Of a stretch of 64,000 nt of DNA, positions 1 to 8,035 are shown piece after piece. The stretch is from positions 10,199-74,198 of the IMG/VR virus record IMGVR_UViG_3300045957_000047; one strand, given 5' to 3'. The notes beneath the pieces were generated by a model. That model did not search any database and was not told the DNA's origin. It saw only the letters and a program-made list of their open reading frames with translations. The position numbers and the translations under genes are program-made. Numbering within the stretch: position 1 is the stretch's first letter; each line of letters opens with the position of its first letter. This DNA comes from a virus.

Positions 1-96
1 ACCCTAGTGTTTTCAGGAGTGATTCTGATGGGGTTAGGCATTGTTAACTACTCGGAAGGGGTTTTTAGTCGCGACAAGAGACAACGAAAACAATGA
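1..96 (+). CDS. 3' end of a small membrane protein (partial)
   Basis: Open frame TLVFSGVILMGLGIVNYSEGVFSRDKRQRKQ*, hydrophobic stretch, stop overlaps the next ATG (ATGA). Confidence 0.6.
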   Translation, partial: TLVFSGVILMGLGIVNYSEGVFSRDKRQRKQ

Positions 97-530
97 AAAT
101 AATCAATAAATTGAAAAAACTATTCACAAAAAAGAAGAAGTTCCAGGTACAGGAACACTCGCAGCACTGGGTCATTGTCTTCACTAATCAAGATGAACTT
201 GCGTACTACCTTCAAGGCATCCAGACACGCTTTAGACAGGGAGGTAAGTTGCTACTCAACGTTGCGACTAAACAAATCCGGATGAACTTATGGGACAGTG
301 CCGATTATGTAGTCACACTGACGACTGAAAGCAGTAACAAGCGGTTCGAAGGGCATGAACTGACCGGCGTTGTCCTCAGATGTGCCGTCGGTCAAGAGTA
401 TTACGGGCACCTGGCGAGCAAAGTAAGGGTACCGAGTGAACTCAGCTACAGTGAGTTTTGTCAGGTCGCATCAATCGGTCAACAGATGATCAACGGGTTG
501 GAAATTAACATTGAGGAGAAGGAATTATGA
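93..530 (+). CDS. hypothetical protein, resembles a fragment of a terminase ATPase domain
   Basis: 145 aa, ATGA-coupled on both sides; pattern ...KRFEGHELTGVVL...YYGHLASKVR. Confidence 0.75.
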   Translation: MKIINKLKKLFTKKKKFQVQEHSQHWVIVFTNQDELAYYLQGIQTRFRQGGKLLLNVATKQIRMNLWDSADYVVTLTTESSNKRFEGHELTGVVLRCAVGQEYYGHLASKVRVPSELSYSEFCQVASIGQQMINGLEINIEEKEL

Positions 531-757
531 ACATTCTGGAGAAAGTAAAGGCTATCCAAGAACAATTGGACGAACATTTGGACATTGTCCGCCAGGTCAA
601 TGAGGAGAACAATAACTGGAAACCGGATTGGGAAAACACCCCAAACAGCAAAACGTTTTTAAGTTTGAACAACAGCACAGAAGAAGTAACTTTCAGGACT
701 TATTTCCATTGCCAAGCATTCCCTAAAGTTCTTGACTACTTTGTAGAAACCGTTTAA
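527..757 (+). CDS. hypothetical phage protein (WKPDW motif), possibly C-terminally truncated
   Basis: GAGGAGAAGGA RBS, ATGA overlap; the last codons overlap a predicted promoter. Confidence 0.7.
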   Translation: MNILEKVKAIQEQLDEHLDIVRQVNEENNNWKPDWENTPNSKTFLSLNNSTEEVTFRTYFHCQAFPKVLDYFVETV

Positions 758-760
758 TTT
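732..760 (+). promoter_or_regulatory. putative sigma70-type promoter
   Basis: TTGACT (732-737), 17 nt spacer, TAATTT (755-760), just upstream of the structured non-coding element. Confidence 0.45.
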
Positions 761-772
761 ATTAAGTCACAA

Positions 773-925
773 GCAGTGCAACGCTGCAGGGTTTTAGCAG
801 ACCCGACAAGAAACAGGTACAGTCAGTTTGTCAGTGAGAGTTTAGGGAGGGGGAACCCTGCCGTCTTCTTATTCTGCTTTCTTGTACGGTCTGCTAACCC
901 TAGGCTTTCACTGACAAACCGATTG
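773..925 (+). ncRNA. putative structured RNA or 5' leader with long crossing helices
   Basis: 786-793 pairs with 854-861; 794-816 pairs with 874-897; 820-847 pairs with 898-925 (23 WC, 4 GU, 1 mismatch). Confidence 0.55.
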
Positions 926-934
926 AGATAAGCG

Positions 935-1222
935 ATGAAACAATTCCCCAATCCGTTAATGGTCGCGTACCTTACCAAGACCAGTGCTACTAACAAGAAA
1001 GTACAGGTTCGCATGTTTGTCCAGAGCCTGTACAAAGGCAGACCTGCTACCTATACCCACCGTATTGATCATGCACTAAAGCTGCCTAGAAACGAGTGGC
1101 CCCGACTGCCTGAGCATACGTTGATGCGCCACGGTTTAGCACATCACAAGCAAAAGATTCACTTAGGATGTGGGAAATACATCACCGAGGTAACCGCACA
1201 AGACGTGAGTGCCGTGACATGA
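935..1222 (+). CDS. hypothetical basic, His-rich protein
   Basis: 95 aa ORF, ATGA-coupled to the next gene. Confidence 0.7.
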   Translation: MKQFPNPLMVAYLTKTSATNKKVQVRMFVQSLYKGRPATYTHRIDHALKLPRNEWPRLPEHTLMRHGLAHHKQKIHLGCGKYITEVTAQDVSAVT

Positions 1223-1392
1223 CTGACCAGGACATACTGGATCAGTTCATCAAGATCCTGGAAGAGGCCTGTGAAACAGATGAGCCTTGTCACACGCTTG
1301 AACTGGGATACAGCAGCTTCATCGACGACTATTTCGACACGCAAGTACTGGTTAACGGATTGCGTCAACTGATAGAGAGGGTAGGTTTCTGA
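1219..1392 (+). CDS. small acidic hypothetical protein
   Basis: MTDQDILDQF...; ATGA overlap upstream and TGATG overlap with the polymerase. Confidence 0.65.
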   Translation: MTDQDILDQFIKILEEACETDEPCHTLELGYSSFIDDYFDTQVLVNGLRQLIERVGF

Positions 1393-3353
1393 TGAAAAAA
1401 GAACTCTATTCTTTTGATTTGGAGACCTTTTTAATTCACACAGATTACCCGGAACCGTATGGGTACCAGGGGCTGTCACCTATCCCAGTGTGCATGTCTC
1501 ACTTGAGTTCAAAGGATTATAGGCCTCAGGTTATAGAAACGTTCTATGACAAGAAGCTCATTACAGACATTCTTATCAAGAAGCTTGAAGACGACAATGT
1601 TCTCTTTGCAAACCAATACATAGCGTTTGATTTCCTGGTTTCTGTCCGCCACCTGGATGTACCTATCGAACTGGTGTTTGCAAAGTATGACAAGGGATTG
1701 GTCCGAGATACTGCGGTGCGGGAAAGGCTCTTAACGCTGGCTAATGGAGACGCAGTAAAGAACCCTGGTATACGCTATGGTCTGGCGAATCTTGTACAGA
1801 AGTATCTGGACAAGGACATATCGTCTTCAAAGAAAGGTCCTGATGCTTGGCGATTAAAATACTCAGAACTGTACGGAGTACCCTTAAAACAATGGCCACA
1901 GGAAGCCATAGATTACCCTTTGGATGATGTCTCTCATGTCTTTCAGGTGATGGCTAAGCAACATAGAATGCGGCATCTGTTTGAGGCAAATGAGAAGGAG
2001 CAGACCCGTGCCGAGTTTGACTTGATTTTGTTGGCTGAGAAGTGTCCGAGGGTAGACCCCAAAGCAGTCCAAGCTCTTGAGGATCAACATAAGGAAAATG
2101 TAGAGAGAGCCCGACAGCCGTTCATCGACGCAAAGATGATGAAGTGGAATAAGAACAGGTACACCAAGTTTCCGAAAGGGGATAGTCGCAGAGAAGGCTG
2201 GACTATGGATACCAAGAAACTGCAGAAGGCTATTGACAAGGACTATGCGAAGCAGGGTCGAGTGGTCCCTACAACAGAGGCTGGCTGCATTAAGAAAGAT
2301 GCTGAGACCTTGTTGGGCTGCAAGAACAAAGCGCTACGTCAGTATGGGGAGACGGCAGGTGCTATAAAAGTGCTGGACGGTTTCTTGCCGGGTATGAAAA
2401 CGGCACTCGACAGGCCAACCCAGAGGATCACAACGCAGTACACAACTATCCTGGTGACGGGCAGAACCTCGTCTCGTAAAGTCAACCTGCAGAACGTTGG
2501 CAAGGCTCCCGGTGCCCGTGAGTGCTTTATGGCAGAGGATGGCCATGTCATTGTATCGATAGACTATGAGGCGCTAGAGATGTTCACCCTGGCGCAGGCT
2601 GCTTATACGTGGCACGGAGCTACAGCACTCCTCAATGCTCTGAACGAAGGATTAGACGCTCACCTGTTGATCGTCGAGACGATTACCGGACGGGCCTATG
2701 AGGAGCTGAATGATGCTAAGAAAGCAGGGGACAAAGAGGTGCTGTCTTATCGAGCGTTGGCGAAGGTGTTTAACTTTGGAGCAGGGGCGTTCTGTGGACC
2801 GGATACTCTGATCGGTAATATGAACACAGAACAACAGGAGACCCTACAGGGCTTGGAGCCCGATAGTGACCTACAGCAAATTGTTAGACGCATACTCAAC
2901 CAGTGGACAGATAAGTGGGAGTTAAGACCTTTTTTAAGCTATTCCCAGAAAGCCTGTAGTAACGGCAGACGGCCCAGCTACACATGCCCCATCACAGGCA
3001 GAACCAAGGCGCTCAATACCTTTTGTGGCCTCAATAACCTACGCTTTCAGGGACTAGGGGCTGATGCCATGAAGGAAGGTCTGGCACGGGTGCAGAGAGA
3101 TGCTCATATTCCAGGGCGTACCCTGCACAGGCACGGGGTGATACCTATGATCGAAGTTCACGATGAGATTATATTCAGTGGACCTGTGGAGGGTCTGGAG
3201 GAGTGGGTGAAGCGAGCTCAGTATCTGATGGAGTCAGGAGCTGAAAGAATGTTACCCGACTGTAGTATGAGAACCGAAGCAGGGGTGTGTGGAACCCATT
3301 GGAGTAAAGAGGATGTCCCTGTCAGCGTGTATTTAGAGAGCCTGGAGAGTTGA
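1392..3353 (+). CDS. polA: DNA polymerase family A with 3'-5' exonuclease
   Basis: ExoI SFDLET, ExoII YIAFDF, ExoIII YPLDD; TGRTSS; motif A DYEALE; motif B RALAKVFNFG; motif C VHDEI. Confidence 0.95.
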   Translation: MKKELYSFDLETFLIHTDYPEPYGYQGLSPIPVCMSHLSSKDYRPQVIETFYDKKLITDILIKKLEDDNVLFANQYIAFDFLVSVRHLDVPIELVFAKYDKGLVRDTAVRERLLTLANGDAVKNPGIRYGLANLVQKYLDKDISSSKKGPDAWRLKYSELYGVPLKQWPQEAIDYPLDDVSHVFQVMAKQHRMRHLFEANEKEQTRAEFDLILLAEKCPRVDPKAVQALEDQHKENVERARQPFIDAKMMKWNKNRYTKFPKGDSRREGWTMDTKKLQKAIDKDYAKQGRVVPTTEAGCIKKDAETLLGCKNKALRQYGETAGAIKVLDGFLPGMKTALDRPTQRITTQYTTILVTGRTSSRKVNLQNVGKAPGARECFMAEDGHVIVSIDYEALEMFTLAQAAYTWHGATALLNALNEGLDAHLLIVETITGRAYEELNDAKKAGDKEVLSYRALAKVFNFGAGAFCGPDTLIGNMNTEQQETLQGLEPDSDLQQIVRRILNQWTDKWELRPFLSYSQKACSNGRRPSYTCPITGRTKALNTFCGLNNLRFQGLGADAMKEGLARVQRDAHIPGRTLHRHGVIPMIEVHDEIIFSGPVEGLEEWVKRAQYLMESGAERMLPDCSMRTEAGVCGTHWSKEDVPVSVYLESLES

Positions 3354-3354
3354 G

Positions 3355-3606
3355 ATGAAAAACAATAACCCGCTGATTCCAGAGGAGCCTCTCAAGGCAA
3401 AGCACATGGAGGATTTTGTTTCGGATGCCTTATACGAATGGTGACTGAGACAAAAGAAACCTTTCTTTGTGCAAGGTGACAGGATACATGTGGAGGTCAC
3501 AGAGGATCAAATGTTTAGAGTGACCTCTTTATTGAAGGCCATGATCCATCAGAATGCTAATGTTATTGAATCTAAGCTGAACGCTAAACAACCGTTGGAG
3601 AATTAA
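3355..3606 (+). pseudogene. paralog of 5087-5314 interrupted by an in-frame TGA at 3442-3444
   Basis: MKNNNPL...SDALYEW*LRQKKPFFVQG..VEVTEDQ aligns with MNSNPL...DEAFYEWYMKQDKPMYVDGVEVTPED; the frame fills the gap exactly. Confidence 0.75.
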
Positions 3607-3610
3607 AATT

Positions 3611-4075
3611 ATGAATGAAGACTTGTACCACCACTACGCCGATGAAACTAACTACTGCCAAGAATGTGGGGAGGAGATGCCAGGGTCATGGTCAAGGCTC
3701 CTGTGTGAGGATTGTGATCCCCTTCCGACAGTCCTCCTAATTTTCCCTACTGAAGAGCTGCTTCGGCAAGCACGTCAACCTCTGCTAGCAAATATAGAAA
3801 GCTACTTAGGAGAACCGTGTAGTGTCGTTAGCACTCATCGAATTTTGACGAAGAGGTTTCAGCTACTACTAAAGTCGGGATTGAATGAGCGAAGTTACAA
3901 AGGATTGGTGTTTGAAGCCTTTGTATTTTGGGAGTCTCTTCATTCTTTTAATAGTGATAAGGTTAGACGGTTGTGGGATTACTTATGTCTGTCTAAAAGG
4001 AGGACCACTACTATAGAGGCTAGCAGGGTAGTTGCGGAGGCTGGCAGGGTAGTTGCGGAGTCTCTAACAGAGTAA
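3611..4075 (+). CDS. hypothetical protein: N-terminal CxxC..CxxC zinc ribbon plus a terminase-ATPase-like fragment
   Basis: CQEC...CEDC; VLLIFPTEELLRQA...LKSGLNERSYKGLVFEAFVFWE; GGAG RBS. Confidence 0.75.
   Translation: MNEDLYHHYADETNYCQECGEEMPGSWSRLLCEDCDPLPTVLLIFPTEELLRQARQPLLANIESYLGEPCSVVSTHRILTKRFQLLLKSGLNERSYKGLVFEAFVFWESLHSFNSDKVRRLWDYLCLSKRRTTTIEASRVVAEAGRVVAESLTE
4016..4060 (+). repeat. 21-bp tandem duplication within a CDS
   Basis: gaggct(a/g)gcagggtagttgcg x2, encoding EASRVVA EAGRVVA. Confidence 0.85.
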
Positions 4076-4098
4076 ACGGGAACTAAAAAGAGACGACA

Positions 4099-4461
4099 AT
4101 GAAAACTAAACTAACACTACTGACAGCCTTATTACTAGCTGCGTGTGATCACAAACAAACCGATACACAGCTGGATGTACACCAACCTACTCAGGTGGAG
4201 CTGAGTTACTACTACACCCAAGGTTACCAACAAGCAGGCCCTGTTATGGAGCCTGTGATCATTTTCATTGGGGAGATGTTTGTCGATGGCTGGACGGACT
4301 ATGAGATCGTAATCAATGGGGAGACCCTACGAAGACCTTTCACTTGGCATCAGCACGGGACTATCGGTGAGGTGACTATCGTGCTACCAGAAATACAAGT
4401 GTGTCAGTATACTACCTGTGCCTATGTAGACAGATATATTGATAGAGGTGTTAAGCATTGA
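4099..4461 (+). CDS. lipoprotein, paralog 1
   Basis: Signal peptide MKTKLTLLTALL with lipobox LAAC. Confidence 0.85.
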   Translation: MKTKLTLLTALLLAACDHKQTDTQLDVHQPTQVELSYYYTQGYQQAGPVMEPVIIFIGEMFVDGWTDYEIVINGETLRRPFTWHQHGTIGEVTIVLPEIQVCQYTTCAYVDRYIDRGVKH

Positions 4462-4733
4462 CTTGGGATAGGGTTATAAGTAGTGGCACCCGTGTCGCTA
4501 GAAAAGACTACCACTGTGAAGCCTGTGACTGGCTTGATAACTCATGCATCGAAGGAGAAATGGAACCAGAAGATGAGTTTCTGTGGCAGAAGATACAACA
4601 AGAAGGGTGTAAGATAAGTAAAGGCGAAGAGTACTACTTTGTCACTGGCAGCATTGGAGGTGAAATTAGTACATTCAAAGCACGGATAGATGCTAACAAT
4701 CTGTGTAACAAATATGATTTATATCAGGAGTAA
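4458..4733 (+). CDS. small phage protein with ARKxxxCxxC motif
   Basis: RVARKDYHCEAC...ISKGEEY; GAGGT RBS, TTG start. Confidence 0.75.
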   Translation: MTWDRVISSGTRVARKDYHCEACDWLDNSCIEGEMEPEDEFLWQKIQQEGCKISKGEEYYFVTGSIGGEISTFKARIDANNLCNKYDLYQE

Positions 4734-4745
4734 AGGAGAGAAGCC

Positions 4746-5066
4746 ATGAAAAAGAAACTAACAATGCTTGGAGTAGCATTAGTACTGACTGCATGTTCGG
4801 AAGGAGAGATACCTGAGAGTTTCAACGTTACGATAGATGCTGAAGCCATCTCGGAACTCATTCAAGCAACACCTGTGCAGCCTGTTAATCAACAGATAAA
4901 AGACCCTGAGATCACGGTGTACTATGCTGTTGCTCAAGAGTGGAGGTTCCTTTCAGGAGTACCGTTTCCGATAATGGTGTACTCAGGAACAGTCCAGACA
5001 CCTTCCTTAGAGGACTATCAGATTGTGCTCAATGGTGAGGTTGTTGCTGATGTTGCTTTGACCTAA
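4746..5066 (+). CDS. lipoprotein, paralog 2 (C-terminally shorter)
   Basis: Lipobox LTAC; SEGEIPESF and DYQIVLNG shared with the paralogs. Confidence 0.85.
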   Translation: MKKKLTMLGVALVLTACSEGEIPESFNVTIDAEAISELIQATPVQPVNQQIKDPEITVYYAVAQEWRFLSGVPFPIMVYSGTVQTPSLEDYQIVLNGEVVADVALT

Positions 5067-5086
5067 GACGGTGGAGGCTTTTATAG

Positions 5087-5314
5087 ATGAACAGTAATCC
5101 ACTACGTAAAAAGCCAAGCTTGACACATCACAGTCTAATAAGAATTTTGGATGAAGCTTTTTATGAGTGGTATATGAAGCAAGACAAACCGATGTATGTT
5201 GATGGCGTAGAGGTTACGCCAGAAGATGCCAGAGTAATAAGCACTATTGTCCGAACGCTTGTAGAGAAAGAAGCAGAAACGATTGATAAATTATTTAGAA
5301 GGAATGACTCATGA
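5087..5314 (+). CDS. hypothetical protein
   Basis: GGAGG RBS; paralog of 3355-3606. Confidence 0.8.
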   Translation: MNSNPLRKKPSLTHHSLIRILDEAFYEWYMKQDKPMYVDGVEVTPEDARVISTIVRTLVEKEAETIDKLFRRNDS

Positions 5315-5730
5315 AAAACAAAGTATTGGCAATATTCGCAGCAGGTTTTCTTACTGCGTGTGCAGAGGGTGAGATACCCAGCACATTTACTGTAGACATT
5401 GAAGATGATTTTCTATCGTTTTTGAACGACAATGTACAAGTCAGCGAAGGACAGGCAGCTCAGGCACAGCCAGAAGTATTGGCTTTTTATACAAGAAGTC
5501 AGTCGTTCCCTGTTGTATCAGGATCTCCAATAGCGGTGGTCACGCATACAGCCCGACTGGCTGTAACAGGTTTGGATGAATATGAGTTGCTGGTCGACGG
5601 GGATGTGTCTTTACCCCCTTTCCAGTGGCAAACAGTGGGCGAGCTTGACTACGCGCCACTGAACTTACCCATCGTCCAGCTGTGCAAAGCGGAAAACTGC
5701 TATGACGTTGACCAATGGATTGAGGAGTAG
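5311..5730 (+). CDS. lipoprotein, paralog 3
   Basis: Lipobox LTAC; AEGEIPSTF; C-terminal CKAENC. Confidence 0.85.
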   Translation: MKNKVLAIFAAGFLTACAEGEIPSTFTVDIEDDFLSFLNDNVQVSEGQAAQAQPEVLAFYTRSQSFPVVSGSPIAVVTHTARLAVTGLDEYELLVDGDVSLPPFQWQTVGELDYAPLNLPIVQLCKAENCYDVDQWIEE

Positions 5731-5732
5731 AG

Positions 5733-6503
5733 ATGTCTGAACGTACTCCTCAATTTTCTTACTCTAATACGGATGCCTACAATACCTGTGCCTTACAATG
5801 GCAGGAAGTGGTGTGGTTGAAGAAACACCCCAGTGGTACCAATGAGGCTGCTGAGCGTGGGACCATGATGCACCAGTGGTTAGAGGACTGCATTAAGGAC
5901 GGTAGCGCATACCCCGAAGATAAGTATCAGTGGATACTTGATGACGTGAGATCGGAAGTCGGTTTAGTAATGCCCGAGATGAAGCTTGCCATCAATGATG
6001 AATGGGAGCCGACGACTTTCTTTGCAGACGATGTGTTCTATCGAGCCATTATCGATGTCACTATCTTGAACGGGCACACTGCCAAAGTTCGAGATCTCAA
6101 GACAGGCAAGCGCAGGTTCAAAAAGCCTGATGTCAAGGATAGATGGTTGATCAAACAACACGATACAGGAGTAAGGTATGCTCCTGATATGCTGACAAAT
6201 GCAAGACAGGCCAATGATTATGCGCTGATGATATTTTTGCATTATCACTACATCAAAGAAATTGAGTTCTCGTTTGTGTGGTCAGACGCGGATGAGCAGT
6301 ATGATCATTATTACTTTGATCGTGAGACTCACGAGAAACAGATGTTGGCGACATTACTGAATACACCAAGAAAAATTATAGAGTCCTTGGAAACCGATAA
6401 CTTTCCACCCAACCCCAGCGGTTTGTGTTATGCGCATTGCCCTGTGAAAGACTGTGACTATAACGGCAAGCGCTGGGCTGAGATCAAGAAGGTGTTAGCG
6501 TAA
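5733..6503 (+). CDS. PD-(D/E)xK Cas4-like exonuclease
   Basis: FSYS...C, GTMMH, IIDV...DLKTGK, QxxxY, C-terminal CYAHCPVKDC. Confidence 0.9.
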   Translation: MSERTPQFSYSNTDAYNTCALQWQEVVWLKKHPSGTNEAAERGTMMHQWLEDCIKDGSAYPEDKYQWILDDVRSEVGLVMPEMKLAINDEWEPTTFFADDVFYRAIIDVTILNGHTAKVRDLKTGKRRFKKPDVKDRWLIKQHDTGVRYAPDMLTNARQANDYALMIFLHYHYIKEIEFSFVWSDADEQYDHYYFDRETHEKQMLATLLNTPRKIIESLETDNFPPNPSGLCYAHCPVKDCDYNGKRWAEIKKVLA

Positions 6504-6667
6504 TGGCAAGACTAAAGATAAAAGGGGGATCTCTTTCTTATGAGATTCGCCACTACAACAAAACAAAGCAGGTTATGACTCTAGTGCATCCACATACCGG
6601 GCATTCTTTCAAAGTCTTTGAGATCAAAGAGTTGTTAAAAACGACGGGCTATTATTTAGTCAAGTGA
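6503..6667 (+). CDS. small hypothetical protein (54 aa, not in the ORF track)
   Basis: MARLKIKGGSLSYEIRHY...YYLVK*; TAATG and GTGA overlaps. Confidence 0.65.
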   Translation: MARLKIKGGSLSYEIRHYNKTKQVMTLVHPHTGHSFKVFEIKELLKTTGYYLVK

Positions 6668-6879
6668 AAGTAAAACGCAGAATGCCCAGGTGGGAGTATC
6701 TTAGTGTTGATGAAAAGAGGGCTTGGCGTTCCATGGGTGTACTTAAAGAAGAGTACAACGGGTGTAGGAGAAAACTAACGTTTGCTAATGCCTATCAAGC
6801 AAGAAAGTTCGACAGAGGCAAAGTTCCTTATCGATGTCTCTATTGTGGGCATACTCATTTGGCAACAAGAAAGGCATGA
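6664..6879 (+). CDS. small zinc-finger-like phage protein
   Basis: CRRK...YRCLYCGHTHLAT. Confidence 0.7.
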   Translation: MKVKRRMPRWEYLSVDEKRAWRSMGVLKEEYNGCRRKLTFANAYQARKFDRGKVPYRCLYCGHTHLATRKA

Positions 6880-7304
6880 TTAAAAAGAAATATCGATCAG
6901 AACCCAGGGTTATAAGATTCGCATTTATTGAAGCTTGCCTTATTGCCTTTGGGCAATTTAGAAGAGAGATGTTACAAAGGACGATTAACATCACTAATCA
7001 GTCGGGAGTCTCAACGGTACGATTGTTTCTTGCTATCAATCCAGGAGCTATGGAGTACAGTACGATAGCCCGTGCTTATTTTGTATCTGAGAATTTCAAG
7101 AGAGAGATCCTGAAAGCCGATACAGACCCGGCACACTTTCTTAATTTGGTCTGTGTTATTCATGGGACAGAGGTAGATTTTGATGAGATTAATAGCCGGA
7201 TTGAGGTCATTCTTCGTAGCCGTGTTGGGGTCGATAGCCCTCGGTACATCAAGGAGCTTGACCAGAGAGAACGAAGACCTAAGAGAAGCAAGAAGAATCT
7301 CTGA
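6876..7304 (+). CDS. stand-alone winged-HTH resembling the N-terminal domain of BrxR/CapW WYL repressors
   Basis: RFAFIEACLIAFGQFRREML...FLAINPGAMEYSTIARAYFVSENF; ATGA start at 6876. Confidence 0.65.
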   Translation: MIKKKYRSEPRVIRFAFIEACLIAFGQFRREMLQRTINITNQSGVSTVRLFLAINPGAMEYSTIARAYFVSENFKREILKADTDPAHFLNLVCVIHGTEVDFDEINSRIEVILRSRVGVDSPRYIKELDQRERRPKRSKKNL

Positions 7305-7776
7305 AACACCCGAGCCTCAGAGGGTTCCAGATCTGTGGGATAAGATGATGTCTCACGATGATGTCTCCCGAGAAGAACAAGAAGTATTGTTTGGGGAAGA
7401 TGAAGAAGCGAGAAGACAAGCTGAGCTGGCTGTTATGAAAAGGCAGATAGAATTTAATAACATGTGGAATGATACAGAGTTTCGTCGCAAAGCTTTTCAA
7501 CAAGCCTACTTAAAAGATGCAGACTTCTCCAAACCTCAAACCGCTACAGAGTTGTTCGATGCACAAGAAGTCGATGAGACGTTTGTAGGAGTGAATGAAC
7601 AAGGAGATTTAGTTGAAACCAAATATGAGGACTGTGAAGAATGGCGACACCAGAGACAAGAATTAAGCAACGGCTTAACACCCGCGATGATACGATTACA
7701 AGCAGGCTTGACCAGAAATATAGGCGGCTTACCTTCGGCCCCTACTCGACAGCAGGACTCCCAGACAGATTCGTAA
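7183..7776 (+). CDS. hypothetical acidic protein with a hydrophobic N-terminus
   Basis: GAGGT RBS before the ATG at 7183; long overlaps with both neighbours. Confidence 0.65.
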   Translation: MRLIAGLRSFFVAVLGSIALGTSRSLTRENEDLREARRISETPEPQRVPDLWDKMMSHDDVSREEQEVLFGEDEEARRQAELAVMKRQIEFNNMWNDTEFRRKAFQQAYLKDADFSKPQTATELFDAQEVDETFVGVNEQGDLVETKYEDCEEWRHQRQELSNGLTPAMIRLQAGLTRNIGGLPSAPTRQQDSQTDS

Positions 7777-8033
7777 ACTTTGGATCAGTACAAGTAGCGA
7801 TTGAAGTCAAAAGAGAAGGCAAGGAACCTACTGCCTTGCAAAAGAAAAAAATAAGAGACTGTATTGAATTTGGAACACCCGCTTTTGCTGTTGCTGGAGA
7901 TCAAGGAGTAGAAAATTACTATGCAGATCTTATCGAGTGGTTTAGTGATGAGAAAATTGAGGGCAGACTAGAGAAGCTAAGACAAGACAGCTACGCATTG
8001 CAGGCTGTATTAAATGAGTTGACAACAGATTGA
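7641..8033 (+). CDS. VRR-NUC family nuclease / junction resolvase
   Basis: TPETRIK...GLPDRF...IEVKREGKEPTALQ. Confidence 0.9.
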   Translation: MATPETRIKQRLNTRDDTITSRLDQKYRRLTFGPYSTAGLPDRFVNFGSVQVAIEVKREGKEPTALQKKKIRDCIEFGTPAFAVAGDQGVENYYADLIEWFSDEKIEGRLEKLRQDSYALQAVLNELTTD

Positions 8034-8035
8034 CC

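Noticed and set aside
1392-3353. 2-aminoadenine or other modified-base system
   Set aside because: No purZ, dATPase or other modification genes in the window; only the motif B anomaly is reported
3442-3444. Genome-wide TGA recoding or selenocysteine
   Set aside because: Many genes, including polA, end at TGA with tight coupling to the next gene; the paralog has Tyr rather than Cys here; no suppressor or Sec tRNA was seen
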